DNA of 64,000 nucleotides from Verrucomicrobiales bacterium. GTDB lineage: Bacteria; Verrucomicrobiota; Verrucomicrobiia; Verrucomicrobiales; V1-33. This document shows positions 33,601 to 48,600 of this stretch, in pieces (position 1 is the first letter of the stretch; the number at the start of each line of letters is the position of its first letter). Below the pieces are notes generated by a model. It worked only from the letters and a program-made list of their open reading frames with translations, did not search any database and was not told the DNA's origin. The translations under genes and the position numbers were made by a program. The DNA is taken from NCBI GenBank assembly GCA_046155625.1, contig JBJXFS010000112.1, positions 46,841 to 110,840 of the forward strand, written 5' to 3'.

Positions 33601-36600
33601 GCGACCCCATCCACGGATGTGTTAGGCCTCAACGTGGACGCGCTGACCCTGGGCGTGCCGACCACGGCACGGCTCAGTGGGGCGCGCGCCACGCTGCTCT
33701 ACCGGATCGCGGTGCCGACGGGCGAAACCCTGGAGTTGCGGGCGAGCGGGGGCAATGCCTCGATGGCCTTGGAGTTGTACGCGGGGCATGAAAAGTTGCC
33801 CAATTCGATTGTGAACGACGCGGCCTTTGAAGGGGCGCTTTTGTCCGACCAGCGGTTGCTCATTCCGAGCACGGTGGCGGGGTCGTACTATCTCTTGGTG
33901 CGGGCGCAGAGCGCGCCCGCGGATTCGCCGGTCACCCTGCTGGCGCGGCTCCTGCCGTTTTCGATTACCAATGTGAGCCCGGACGCGGTCGGCGACGGTC
34001 GGTACGTGACGGTGACCATACGGGGCGCAAAATTTAGCCCGCAGGCGGCGGTCAAACTGGTGCGTCCGACCTTTGGGGAATTTGCCCCGGTGTCCTACCA
34101 GGTGATCGATGCCACAAAGATCATTGCGACCTTTGATGTACGCGGGGCGGTCAACGGCCTTTACGACGTGCGGGTGACCAACCCGGACGGGGCCAGTGTG
34201 ACCGATCCGCACCGCTTGCAGATTGAGGCGGCGCAGCCCAATGACGCGGCCATTGGGTTGGGGGGGCCGAGCCGGATTGACATCGGCGACTCGGCCGTGT
34301 ACGCCGTCACCCTGCAGGGGACCTCGAACCTGGACATGCCGTATGTGCATGTGGCCTTTGGTGTCCCGCGCATCCGGAACGAAAGCGGGCTCATTCGGGG
34401 CGAGGCCCTGGTCTTTAACGGGAATTTCGGCGGGGCGCCCGGGGTCGAGGGCGTGCCGTGGAGCACGCTCGATGGGGTGCTCAATCTCAATGGCCGACTG
34501 ATTTCCGGAGGCTTTGCGCGCGACTTCGTAGTGGCCGGGGTGGGGGGCTTAAGTTTTGTCGTGCAGACGTACCCTGGGCTGGAGGATGAACTGCGCGAAA
34601 ACCCGCGGTTTCTGGACAGCCTCTTGCCCGGGCAACTGGAGGTGGCGGCCTTCGACATGTGGATCATGGCGGCGGCCACGCCGATGACGGCCGCGGAATT
34701 CTTAGCCTACCAGCGGGCGCAGGCCGAGAAGTTTCGACTGGCGGTGGTGGCCGACGCGAATGCGCCGCCCTCGATTGCGGCCTTGGCGGCGGACGCGGGC
34801 AATTGGGTGAACTTGTATTTGGCGGCGTTGGGTGAGGCGGGACTTTTGCGAGCCGAGGACACGCCACCGGCGATTCGGGAGCGAGCGGAATTTTTCAGTG
34901 AAGTGTCGGCGGTGCTGGCCGGGGTGCTGGCGGGACCGGGCGGCGGGGCGGTGGTGGCCGACAACGACTTGCCCTCGGAGTGGGAGGCCTTTTTCGGGCG
35001 CATCAAAGGGTATTTGGGCGACACACCGACGGCGTACTCGGGTGGCACTACACTGCCGACGCAAGGGGAATTTAGCCTCGGGCTTTCGGCGCCGACGCAG
35101 TTTGTGGTCTACAAGGTGCGAGTGGGGCCGGAGGAGGACGTGGGGGTTTTGCCGGTGGACGACCCGAATTTGGCGGACTTCTTCGGACTCTCCGGCGCCT
35201 TGAGTCGTCGGCTCACGCTGCGGGGCCCGAGCGGGTCGGGGGCGGCGAATTTCGTGCCGCGGGGGACGAGTCTGCCGTACTTGATTAACTACGAGCATGA
35301 GAGCGGGGCGGCGGGTGCGGTGAAGGAATTGCGGGTCGTGCAGCAGATGGACCAATCGAGCTTTGACATTCGCAGTTTCCGCTTGAGTGACATCTCGCTG
35401 GGCTCGCTGAAAATCGATGTGCCGGACGGGCGCGGCAGCTTCACGGCGGAGTACGACTTTACGCAGAGCCGGGGATTTGTGCTCCAGGTCACGGCCGGCA
35501 TGGAAATCATCAGCGGCACGGCCACGTGGCTTTTCCGGGCGGTCGATCCAGTCAGTGGCCAACTGGTCACCGACGAGGCGATAGGGATACTGCGGCCCGG
35601 GGATAAGGCGTCCTTTGGCTACGGGATCAACGCGCAGGCGGAGGGGGCGCGCACGGGCGATGCGTTGAGTGGCAGTGTGCGGGCGATTCTCGATGGCGGC
35701 GTACCGCTGGACAGCAACACGGTCGTGAACACCCTGGATGCCACGGCGCCGGTGAGCACGCTGGCGGTCACCCCGGTCAGTCCCGGCCGCTACCAACTGC
35801 GCTGGGCGGCCAGTGACGCGTCCGAGGGATCGGGACTGGCCAGCCACACGCTCTTTGTGGCCATTGGTGGCGGGCCGTACGTGGCGCTCCTGCGGCACAC
35901 CACGGAAACCAGCTATAACTTCGCGGGCGAGGCGAGCCGTAATTACTCGTTCTTGGTTCTAAGCGCGGACCAGGCGGGCAACGCGGAGGCGGCGCCGGCG
36001 GGGCTCTTGGTGCCGCCGTACGTGGCGGCCGTGAATCTCGGGGCGTTGCCGGACTTTGGCGGCGGCGGTAGCGCGGATGACATACCGGTGGCCGCGCCGC
36101 CGCTCTCCACGACACCAGCCAACGCACTCTTTATCCGGGCCCAACTCGGGGTGGCGACGATATTGAGCGCCTCCAGGCCTCCGGCGTATGCGGCGGCGCT
36201 GGAACCCTTTACGCTGGGCGCCTTTGCGCGTGCGGTGCCGGGAAGCGGGGCGGACATCGGGCCCTTGGGACTCGCGTTTTCGGCTGATGGCCAGACGATT
36301 TTCGTGTCCGGCGGCGCGGGCCGGAGCACGCTGTGGCGTTTTGGGGCGGCGGGGGGTGAAGCCACGGTGGCCACGGCGCTCATCACGCTCAATCAGCCGA
36401 TTTACGATCTGGCGGTTGATGGCACGGGGCAACTGTGGGCGAGCACGGGCGGGCTGGGGTTGGTGCGCTTGAGCGCGGGCACGGGTGAAATCCTGGAATC
36501 CTTTGGCTTCGGGCAAAGCCTGGGGCTGGCGATGGGACCGGACGGGCGCACGCTGTATGTGGCGACCACGGCCGGGATCAGCGCCTTTGACACGCAGACC

Positions 36601-39600
36601 AAATCCTTCGCGGCTTTCTCGCGCACGCGGGTCGATGGGCTGGCGGTGGCCCCCGATGGCACGGTGTGGGGGACGCGGTGGCCGCGCGGGGGTGAAGTGC
36701 TGCGCTTTGACGAGCGGGGCCGGGCCGAGGTGGTGATCACGTTCGAGCATCAGGCCGAGGGGCTGGCCTTTGGTCAGGCGGGCACGCCGATGGAAGGGCT
36801 GCTTTTTGTCAGCCACGACGCGGGCGGGTACGTGACCATGGTGGATTTGGCCTCGAGGCAGTCGATCAAAGTGGCCACCGGTGGCGGGCACGGGGAATTT
36901 ATCAAGATCGGCCCCGATGGCCGCCTGTACTTGACGCAACCGGGCCAGGTCGACGTGCTCCAGCCGGTGGTGGCACCGGAAATCATCGCCTCCACGCCGG
37001 TGAACAACTCGGGGGCGCTGCCACCCGTGCAGCGGGTCACGCTGACCTTTAACCAGAACATGCGCACGACGGGCGAGGGGTCGGTGCTGGACTTTACTCA
37101 TTATACATTGACCTCCACGGCGGGTGGGGGCGCCACGGCGGGTAGTGTGGCGATCCCAATTGGTTCGGTGAGTTACGATTTACTCTCACGCACGGTGACG
37201 CTGACCTTCGCCCCCCTCATTCCGGGTGACTACACGCTGCGGGTGGCCGCCGAACCGCGCAGCGCCACCGGGGTGAAACTGGCCGCGCCTTATTCGCTGC
37301 GCTTTACGGCCTTGGAGGAGGTGCTCTCGCTGCAGCCGACATTCACCAACACGCGGCTTAACCGCGCCGAGGGCACGGTGTCCATGGACATCGCGGTGAC
37401 CAACACGACGGGCTTTGATTTGAGTGCGCCGGTGCGGGTCGTATTCCGCGGGTTGGCTGGCCTGTCGAATGTATCGCTGGTCAATGCGGACGGGGTAACG
37501 GGCGACGGCGCGCCGTTCCTCAATTTGGCGGCGCCCAATGCGGCGGTGCGACTGGGCAATGGCCAGAGCACGGTGGTGAGCACGATCACGATTTCCAATC
37601 CACAGGCGGTGGCGATCACTCTCGATCCACTCATTCTGGTCACCGCGCCGCCCAACCAGCCACCGGCCTTTGCCACGGCGCCGGCGGCCACGGCCACGGC
37701 GGGCGGCACATACCGCTATGAGGCGCGGGCCAGCGATCCGGATGGAGCCAGTGTGGCCTACGCGCTGGTGTATGGGCCCCGAGGTGCTGTGGTCAATCCG
37801 TCGACGGGGGTGCTGACATGGACCCCAGGCGCGGGCGACGAGGCTTCGGCCATTTTTGAATTGCGCGCGTACGACGCTCGAGGCGGTTTTGCGGTGCAAA
37901 TGTGGCAGGTGGCGGTGAGCGGCGCCAATCGCGCGCCGGTGTTGGCTCCGATCGCCACGCCAACGGTGGCCGAGGGGCAGGCGCTGAGCGTTCCGGTGAG
38001 CGCCTTCGATCCCGAGGGAGCGGCCTTGGTGTACTGGGTGGATAACTTGCCGGCGGGGGCGGTTTTTGATGCGCGCCAAAATGCCATTGTATGGACGCCG
38101 GACGGCACGGCGGCGGGCCGGTACGAAGGGGTGAGAGTTTTCGCGAGCGACGGGGCGTTGGAGTCGTCGATCACCTTTGACATCGTGGTGAGTGACGCGC
38201 CGCAGGCGCCGGTCCTGCGCCCGCTCCTGGAGCGCACGATGCGCGAGGGCGACGCGATGGCCTTCGCCCTTGAGGCCACGCTCAGTGGCGGCGGTTCGCT
38301 CGTTTACGAGGCGCCGCTCCTGCCGCCGGGCGCCTACCTGCATCCCGCCACCGGAGTCTTCGAGTGGACGCCGCGCTTTGACCAGCACGGCGAGTACGCC
38401 ATTGAATTTATCGCCCGCAACGGGACGGCCGAGGCGCGCGCCACGCTGGAATTGACGGTGCTCAACGTGAATGGCCAGGTGCGCTTGGTGCGCCAGCCGG
38501 AGTTTGCGATTTTTGAAGGTCAATCACTCAGCCTGCGCGTGGCCGCCAATGACCCTGAATATCCCTTTTTCAACGCGGCCGCGCTGGGGCAGTCGCCCGA
38601 CGGGGACGTGGAAAATGGCGAATTTATCCCGCCGATCACGCTGAGTCATTCCGCGCTGCCCGCCGGCATGACGTGGGAGGCGGCCACGTGGTTGCTTTCC
38701 TGGACGCCGGGGGCGACGCAGGCCGGGCGGTACACGATTACGTTTGCCGCGCAGGACAATGGCGATGGGACGGGCACGCCGACCACGGACACGCGGGAAC
38801 TGGTGGTTACGGTGATCGACGCGAACATGACACCGGTGGTGGCTCCGATCGAGGCGGTGAGCCTGCCCGCGGGCCAAAGCCGCACGATCCCGGTAAGTGC
38901 GAGCGATGGCGATGGCGGGCCGCTTACGCTGCAGGTGGTGGGCTTGCCGTCCTTTGCCACTTTCACGGACAATGGCAACGGCGCCGGGGTGATCACCGTG
39001 GTGACCCAGCCGGGCAACCGGGGTGATTACGTCCTGAGTGTCCTGGCGACCGATGATGGCAATGGCGGGCAATCCGCGCCGCAGGCGGGGCTCTTGCAAT
39101 TTGTGTTATCGGTGACTTCGGCCAACGAGCCGCCGGTGATGGCGTCGGTGGGCCACAAGATCGCCGTGATTGGCCAGGAATTGGTCCTCAACGTCACGGT
39201 GACCGACGCCGATCAGGACACGCTGACTTTCGCCGCGGATGGATTGCCAGCGGGGGCCACCTTCGCGGGATTGACCAGCTACGGGGTGGCCCAGTTCCGG
39301 TGGCGGCCGGAAGCGGCGGCGACGGGCGTGCACACGGTGACTTTGCGAGTGAGCGACAACGGGGCGAATGGCACGGCCCCCGTCTTGAGCGATCAGGAGA
39401 CCATCACCCTCACCGTGCGCGCGGCCAATGCGGCGCCCGTGCTCGGCCCGGTCGGCAACCGCACGGTGAGCGCGGGCACGGAAGTCGTGATCCAACTTTC
39501 GGCCACCGACGCCGATGGCGATGCGTTAAGCTACCGCGCCACCGGCGTGCCCACGGGGGCTTCTTTTGACCCGGCCACCGGTCGTTTCAGCTGGACCCCG

Positions 39601-42600
39601 CGCGTGGTGGAAGCGGGCGCGTACCTCATGCGCTTTGAGGTCTCCGACGGGGCCGGGGTGACCGGCGATCCGATCACGCTGACAGTCACCGCGGCCAACG
39701 TGCCACCGCTCTTCGCGCCACTGCCGCCGCAGCGCACCGAGGAGGGAGTGACCCTCGCCTTCACGGTCGCCGCCGGGGATGGCAATGGCGATGCGCTCAC
39801 GTATTTTGTCGAATCCGGCCTGCCGGCCGGAGCCATCTTCGATTCGGCCAGCCAGTTCTTCCTCTGGACACCGGCCTTTAATCAAGCGGGGCCGCATGTC
39901 GTCACCTTTGCCGCCACCGACCCGGCCGGGCTGAAAGCCACGCTCGCCGTGACCATCGCGGTGAGCGACGTGAACCGCCCGCCAACACTGCCCACTCTGG
40001 GCGGACGGCAGGTCGTGATTGGGGAGGCGTTTTCCTTTGTCGTGGCCGGCGGCGACCCGGACGCGGACGATGCGGCCGGCCTGACGTATGCGGCCGAGTA
40101 CTTGCCGAGCGGGGCGACTTTTAATGCGGCCACGGCCACGTTGACCTGGACGCCGCTCGCCTCGCAGGTGGGGACGCACTTTGTGCAGTTTGTGGTCAGT
40201 GACGACAGCGGCGCCACGGCGCGCGGCACACTGAACCTGGAAGTGGTGGCGGCTCGTTCGGGTCCGGTGGTGCGCATCGATTTTACCCCCGGGTTCCCGG
40301 TGGGGGCGGGCACACCGGTCACGGTGCAACTGCAGACAGCGGGCACCACCCCGATTGCGAGCGTGGAAGTGCGCGTGGGTGGTGTCTTACAAACCCTCGA
40401 TGCCCAGCGGCGCTTTGTCTTCACGCCCACGGCCCCAGGCCACTACGACATCGTGGCGCGGGTCACCGACGTGTCTGGCGTGCTCACCGAATCATCAACC
40501 ACCCTGCGCGTGCGCGATCTCGCCGATGTGGCTGCACCGCAGGTGAGCATCTCGGTGCCGCCACCCGGCGCCATCCTGACCGCTCCCACCCCGGTCATCG
40601 CCACCGTGGCCGACACCAACCTCGACTTCTGGTCACTCACGCTATCCAGTATCGATGGGTCATTCACGCGCGCCCTCGCCTCCGGACGCACCGGATTTGC
40701 CGACGCCACCCTGGCCACGCTCGATCCGGGCGCTCTGCTCAATGGCGGCTACGCGCTGACCCTCGTGGCCACCGACATGGCCGGTCGCCGCGTAGAAATC
40801 ATCCGCATGATCGAAATCGACACCGCCACCAAACCGGCCGCCTACGCGCGCAGCGAGTCGGACCTTTCCGTCACCCTCAATGGCCAAGCGCTCACGCTGA
40901 CCCGCGTCTACGACAGCCTGCGCGCGGGTCAAAGCGGGCTGTCCGGCTACGGGTGGTACTTCCCGCTGCTCGAAGCCCGCCTGACGACCAACCGCCTGCC
41001 GACCGGTCGCGAAGCCGACGGTCTCTTTACCCCGCACGCCGAAGGGACACGCCTCTACCTCGATGCCCCCGATGGCACAAGCCTCGCCTTTGCCTTCGCG
41101 CCGCAATCGCTCGCCCTCGGCGGCCTGAGCGCCCACACCCCCGCCTGGAACGCCCCCGCCGGATGGTCGCTCACTTCGACCCACGCCGTGCTGCAAAAAG
41201 TCGCTGGTGAATACTTCGATGTTTCGACTGGCCTGCCGTACCACCCGCAATCATACGAACTATCTGAAGACGCCACCGGGCTGACGTACCGCTACGAACG
41301 CGGCACCTCGGGCATCTACGCGCTTTCCGAAATCACCACCGCCCCCGGTGACCGGCTCGTCCTCTCCGATAGCGGACTTGTTTCCGTGAAATCGGGCCAG
41401 CGGCTCGGGTTGACCCGAGACACGGCCGGCCGCCTGACCGCCATCACGATGCCCGACGGCGCCCAAGTCCGCTACGCCTTCACCGCGTCGGGCGACCTGC
41501 TCTCGGTCACGAAAACCGCTACCGGCGCCCGCGCACTTTACGGCTACCGCACCGAACACGACCACCTCCTCACCGCACTCGCTCCGCCCGCGCCGGAAAA
41601 TGGAACACTCATCGATTATGACGCCGCCGCCCGGTTCCTCGCTGCCCATTCCGTCCCCGTTCGCCTCGGCTCCGCCACCGAGTTCCTTGGCCAAGTCCGG
41701 CCCGTCACCTCCCCCACCGGTTCGACCGACCGCTTCCTCTTCCTCTTAAGCCCCGGCGAAATTCGCTCGCCTGTCAGCGGCCAACTCACCCTCGGGTTCC
41801 AAACAATCGGAGCCACCGACGCCGCCACCGTCAGCGGCGCCGCCATCGCCGGTGCCACCATAGTCGACGGGGACCGCCGCGTGCGGTTCTACACGTTCCA
41901 CACCGCCGGTCCGTTTGTCTTAGGCCTCCCATCCGGCTCTTACTCGCTGGAAATTTTCGTCCCCGGCGACATCGATGGCGACCGCGACGTCGATGGCACC
42001 GATACCCTGACCGCCCAGGCCGACGTCAACCGCGATGGCGCCATCAACGCCGCCGACACCGCCCTGCGCGACGCCACCTTCGGGTTCATCGCCAATCGGC
42101 CACCGGCCGTCACCCCGGTCCCCGTCACCACCATCCGCGACTTCGCCGTCAACGTGAATGTGAAATCATTCGCTGCCGACGCCGATGGCGACCCGCTCCG
42201 GTTCTTCGTTTTCGGCGCCACCAGCGGCACCGTCGCCCTGCTCGACGCCACCACCGCCCTCTTTACCCCGGCCCCAGGGTTCACCGGCCAGACCAGCTTC
42301 ACCCTCGCCGCCGATGACGGCCTCACCCTCGCCACCGCCACCATCACCGCCACCGTCGCCAACGTCACACCCACCCGACTCGACCTCGCCCAGCGCGACC
42401 CGGTCATCGCCGCCCCGGGCGCCACCACCACCCTCATCGTCACCGCCACCTTCTCCGACGGCCAGACCCGCGCCGTCCCCACCAGCCTCATCACCTTCTC
42501 CTCCCTCAACCCAGCCACCGCCGCCGCCACCGCCTCTGGCACTGTGTTAGCCATCGCCAATGGCTTCGCCACCATCAAAATCGACGCCCTCGGCCTTACC

Positions 42601-45600
42601 ACAGCCACCGCCGTCACCGTCGGGGCGAGAGATGCCAGGAATATCGATGTCTTTCCGCTCTCGTATACGCTCGCCCCGGGCGAGACGCGCCAATTCCTCA
42701 TACGGCAACGCGTTGAAGCGGGAATCAACGACCTCGCCTCCGCGGCCGCGGGTACGCGCTACTTCCTGTCCACTTCAAGCTTCGGCACTATCACCGCAAA
42801 TGGGCTATTCACCGCCACCGCCCCAGGGCGCGTCGACATCACCGTCGTCCAAGGAGGATTGAGCGTGCTCGTCCCCATGCTTGTCACCGTGCCCCAGACC
42901 GGTCAAGTGACGCTCAACGCCGAGGGCGGCCTGCTTTCGTCCGGCACCGGGATCACGGTGGGCGTGCCACAAGGCGCGCTGAAAGAACAGACCGCCATCG
43001 GGGTAAATGCGCTGCAGGAAAGCGACTTCGATTACGGCGCGCCTTACGGGTGGGCGTTTGCGGGCGGCTTCGAACTAGACGGATTCGATGAGCAGACGGA
43101 CTACCTCCCATTCAGCGTGATCATGCCGGCCCCCGCGGGCGTGACTCCAGGAACCGTGCTGCCCCTGCTGCAACCGACCACGGTGAGGCACTCGGATGGG
43201 ACAACCGAGGAAGCTTGGTTCCTGATCGACACGCTGCTGGTGGGGAATGATGGCTTCATGCGCACCACGTCGCCGCCTAATCTCGGCCTTTCGGCGCGCT
43301 CGTATTCCGGCCCTCTGAGTATCGGCCTCAACTACACGCAAGCCCCCCGTGCCATGGCCGCCGTGGGGGGAGCCGGATTGACCGGGCTGGTATTTGCCAT
43401 CGGGGACATGGCCCGAAGCCTCTTGACGCTTGGCTCGACCACGCTGGGATCGCGCGGCGTGAAGGGCCTGGGTGATCCGGTCACGGCTCCAGGGGTGGTC
43501 GACATGGATATCGCCGGCGGGCCAGGACTGGGCGAAACCAAAGTGTATGCGGCGGCAGGCATCTTTGGAGATGTGTACATCCCGATGGTCACGGGATTTG
43601 ATGTGCGCCTGACCTTCCGTGTCGCGACCAACGACGGATTGACTCGCGTCACGGATTCCACGGTGCTACTGGCGCCAGGGGAATACAAGACTCTCGGCAT
43701 CGGCCAGGCGTTCCGGCTGCCGGTTTCTTCGGTGCAGGAGATTCCGCCGCCGGTGGTCGCGAGCGCCGAGTTCCGGTTTGACAATTCCTCCGGCAGCCCG
43801 AAACCGGAAGTCCTGCTTACCGGGCTTAATTTCCTCCTCCGCAGCCCGTGGGAACTCGCCCCCGATCGCGATCTGGGCAACCGGGTGCTGGACTTGTACG
43901 TCACTTTCGAGATCGGAGGTCGAGACAGCACCAATCCCGATGGCACCCCACTCTACAATGGCGGACGCGATGTCACCGTGCTCGGCAGCCTGCTGAAGAT
44001 CGAGGGCAACGGAACAATCGCCTCGCCCCATGTGCTGACCGTCCCTCTGCCGGCCGGCATCAGCTTGGCCGATGCCTTCATTACCGTGACTCGGCCAACT
44101 CAGGAACCGCTCGATGGCCGCTTTGACCGCCGGGAATTTACCAGCAATCCGGCGCGCATTCTCAGCCAATCTCGTTACGCCTTTGCGCCGAATGGCGGAG
44201 CGGATCTGGTGTCGGTGATCGACACCCGCGCCACCACCGTGGTGGACAAAATCAGAGTGTCGTTCCCGAGCGAAATCGCCCGAATTCTCCTGGCCGCGAT
44301 TCCCGGCAAGTCGTCACTCTCGCCCCGGCAAGCGGTCGCCACCAACAACGGCGCCCGCGTTTACGTCACGCTGAACGGGGCCGGCGCGATCGCCGTGCTT
44401 GATGCCGTGGGCCTTCAGCAGGTGGACGTGGATGGCGAGGTGGCGGGCGTCCAAAGCCTCCTGCTCCCCAATGGGGCGCGCCCGTTCAAGCTGGCCCTGT
44501 CGCCGGATAACACATTGCTGTACGCCACCGATGAACTCGCGGGCACGGTGTATGTTATCGACAGTAATCCGTTCTCCGACACCTATCACACGCTGCTCAC
44601 CACCGTCTCCCTGCCCAAAGAACTGACGCCGCTCGGCCTCCGTGGTGTGGCCGTAAACGCCACCGGCACGGAGGTCATCGTCGCCGCGCCAGGCCGCGGA
44701 CTTTTCGGCCAATACGGAAAACCGGATGGGCATCTGATCACCTTTGCGTACCCATTGCAGAAGGTTTCTCCCGATGACGAAGGATATACCGCCATCGCGG
44801 TGGGTCCCGACCCATTTGATGTGATAGCCACCGAGGATCCCAATGTGATCCTGTTCACCGACCGTCTGAGCTCGACGCATGCGCTCGGCGTACTCCGCAA
44901 AGTCGGACCGGCTTACGATCCCGGATTTGTGGATGTCACGTCGTTCGGGATCATCCCGAGGATTGTCGAGGGGAGGGCGACGCAGGTTTTTGGGGTTCGC
45001 AATGCGCAGGGAGTCGTCTACGTACCGGCCAATTCATTGTCTGAGCGGGTGGTGGGGCAGGATGATGACGGGAATCCGGTCAAACTCGGCGAGCATCCGG
45101 CGTACGCCTTCATCACGGGCTTTAAAAAATTCGTCCCGGACGATCCCTTGGTCGACCCAGCGCTGGCGCCGGTCTGGGTGTACAATGCGTTCTTCACTTC
45201 GCCAGCGACCGGCATGACCATTGGGACACCGCTGGCGGCTGGCGGCAATATCGGGATCATTCGCAATGTGCTCGGGGATTTTGCCGATCCACTGGATCGT
45301 CCACGCCTCGTGGCCGCCACGTCACCAATCATCCACTCGTTCCCGGACAACCTCTCACTGTCGTTACAAACTGGCCACCTCTATGCAGCCTATTCCGGGA
45401 TCAATTCCGTAGTCGTTTACGATTCGGCCATGATGCTCCGGACGATCGAGAAGGCGGTTGATGGTCCGCCACTCCGGTCCTGGTCGCAATTTCCGGAAAC
45501 GGAAGCCTCGATCGTGTATCGCGAACTGTCTGGCCTGGTGCGCGGCCCCTTGTCCACGGTACCCATCGACGTGGTTGACCGGTCGGTTATCGTCCGCGCC

Positions 45601-48600
45601 GACATCCGTTTCTACAACACGGTCCTCCTTGATCAGGTTTTTCTGCTCGACGCGAATGGCAAAGAAGTTCTCGACAAGGACGGAAACAAAATCCTCATCG
45701 CCGCGGGTAGCGGCTTCCTGGTTTATGGCACGCCGACCCGGGGGCTGGACGGGACCACGCCCAATCGATTCGCTCCGATTCCGATGCCGCGTCTGCCTCG
45801 GGGGATCGTGGTGCAGCCGATCCTGAAGGATACGGCCATGCGCCTCAGTACCACGCCACTGAACCATAACCCGTCGCTCAATTCCTGGCCGAACAATCCG
45901 ATGACCGTTGAGGCCGGCAAAACATCCTCGGTCGAAGTGCAGACGGGTGCCTTTCACGAGATCCACAACTTGGTGACCTATCGCTCGCTGGGCACGGCTC
46001 AGGGGATCGTCCTGCACTACGATTCGCTGCGTGCCAACGACACGGTGCTGCATTACCTGGCGTTCTCCGGCGCCGAACTGCAACGGCTCATTCAAGGAAA
46101 GAACCGCATCAACCTCAGCCTGATCGCTCGCGTGACGGCCCGGCAGGGAGAAACCGTCGTCACGGTGAAGGGATTCCCGGCCGAACAGGCCGTCCCTGTC
46201 GGCTTGCTGGGCAATGAATTGTTCTTCCGACTGCCTGAGGAATTGAAGGCGGACCAAACCTACGGGGCGGGCATCCCAATCGATTTCGGCGACGCCGACC
46301 CCGGACTGTACACGCTGGTGGTCGAGTTCGGCCTTTTTGAATTGATCAATGGACGCTGGCAAGGCCGCTGGTTCGAAGAAACCCGTCCGCTGCCCTACCT
46401 GCGTGATCAGGAGGGGATTTTCGGGGTGGGCTGGGGGATGGCGAATTATTTCCGGATCATTTCAGGGGAATCCGGTGCCTTGCTGATCAACGGAAACGGA
46501 ACCGAGCAAATCTACCTCGCTCCCGACAATCCAAAGCAGCCGTGGGCGTCGCTGGCTCTCGACTATTCCACCCTGCGCTTGAACGACAATAATGTCTTCG
46601 AGCGGGTCATGCTCGACGGCACACGCTACCTTTTCGACCGCGAGGGATTGCTCGAGAAAGTCATCGACCGCAATAACAACGAGACAATCTACGCGCACTC
46701 AGGAGGTAAACTCATCAGCATCACCGATCCGGTGGGCCTGCGCACTGAGTTCACCTATGCCGGCGAAAGGGTAGTGTCGATCATCGATCCAGCCGGCAGA
46801 ATGACCAAGTTCACATACTCGGGAAACAACTTGGCCTCAATCACTGATCCGGATCAAAGCAATCGTACGTTTGCGTACGAGAATCCGGATTTCCCCGAAC
46901 TGATGACCTCTCAGGTCCACAAGCGGGGCAATGATCCGAACGAATCGTTCCCCTCGTCCTTCAAGGAGGAAATCGATTACGACGACTACGGACGCGTGAT
47001 CGGCGGCCTGCGCATCGACGAGAAATGGTTCACGCTCGAATACGCGCAGAGCCTGCTGATCGCGCCTCTCGAAGACGTGGCCGATCCGACCAAACGCGTC
47101 AATCTGGCCTCCCTGACCGAAGCCGCAGATCGGACTGACGCCGTCATTTCGACATACATCAACTTTAATGGGAAGACGATTCTTTTCTACAACGATGCCA
47201 ATGGGTCGTTCGTCTCGTCCGAAGAGGCGGAGGGTGGAAAGACACGGACGTTTGACCGGGATCCGCAGGGACTCCTCATCGCCGAGGAGGACGAAATTGG
47301 AAACCGCCGCGAGTACGCCTACGATGCCTTCCGCAACGTCGAGGCGGTCACCGACTACCCGAATGGATCTAACGCCGTCACCCGCTTCTACACGTACGGC
47401 GCGCCATTCAACTCGCTTCGCACCGAAGAGGATGGTCTTGGTCGTCAGACGACCCGGGAATACGACACCCGAGGGAATCTGATTGAGGTCACCAAGTTCG
47501 ATCCCCTGGCCCCCGAAGGATCACCGCAATCGGTCACTACCCGGTTTTCCTATGACATCCGAGGAATGGTGCTGAGCGAAACCGACGGACGTGGGCTGAC
47601 GACTTTCCACACCTACGATCAGTACAGCCGCCTCACGGGCACGCTCCATCCGGATGGCAGCACCATCGGCTACCAATACGACACGCTGGCCGGGAATCTG
47701 AATCGTGTCACCGACGAGGAGGGATTCGTGGTGGAAATGGTCTATGACGCCATGAATCGCCTCACCGGAGCGCGGCACTTCCTCGGTGGCAACCTCGGCG
47801 TGGCCGAAGCTGCCTTCGATTACGACGCTGAGGGAAACCAAATCGTCGAGAATAATCGGAACGACGTTCTTACATTGCGCCGATTTGACACGATGGACAG
47901 GGTGGTCAGCGAGGTCGTGGACCCAGCGGACCTCGCCCTGGAAACGCTCCACGCTTACGAACTTGGGGACATGCTTCTTCCTTATAGCCCGCCGACCGGT
48001 CCGGGATTCACCTACCACTTCATCCGCGACCCCGATGGTTATTTTCATGCCATGGTTTTCGATGACCGCGGGAATCTGCGCTACGAGATCGATCCGCTGG
48101 GGCAGACGACCGAAATTCTCTATGACGGCGCTTTCCGCCGTTCCGGCGTGAAGCTGCCAAACGGGGGAGTGATCAACGAGACCATTGACGGCCGTGGCCG
48201 CGTTACAGTGCGCACCGGCCCGACGGTGGAACGCGAGGAATTCGTCTACGACGACGAGGACCGCCTGAGTCAGCACACAGTGTTCAATGACGGCGAGAAC
48301 CAAGTGTGGCGATACGCCTACAATATCTTCAACAAAATCGCTCGGATCATCGACCCATTAGATCACGTCTTCCGCTTCGAGTACGACGGCAACGGGAATG
48401 TCGTCCGCACGATCGAATTCGCCGGACTCCAGGCCGAGTTGGTTACGCAGTACACATTCGACGAGCGGAATCGCGAGATCGAACGGCTCGTCGCCAACGC
48501 CGCCCTGTGGAAAACGGTCTATTGGAAAACGGGAACGGTCAGGCAAACGATTGACCCGCGTGGGGATGACTACGTGACGTCGTTTGAGTACGACGGCCTG

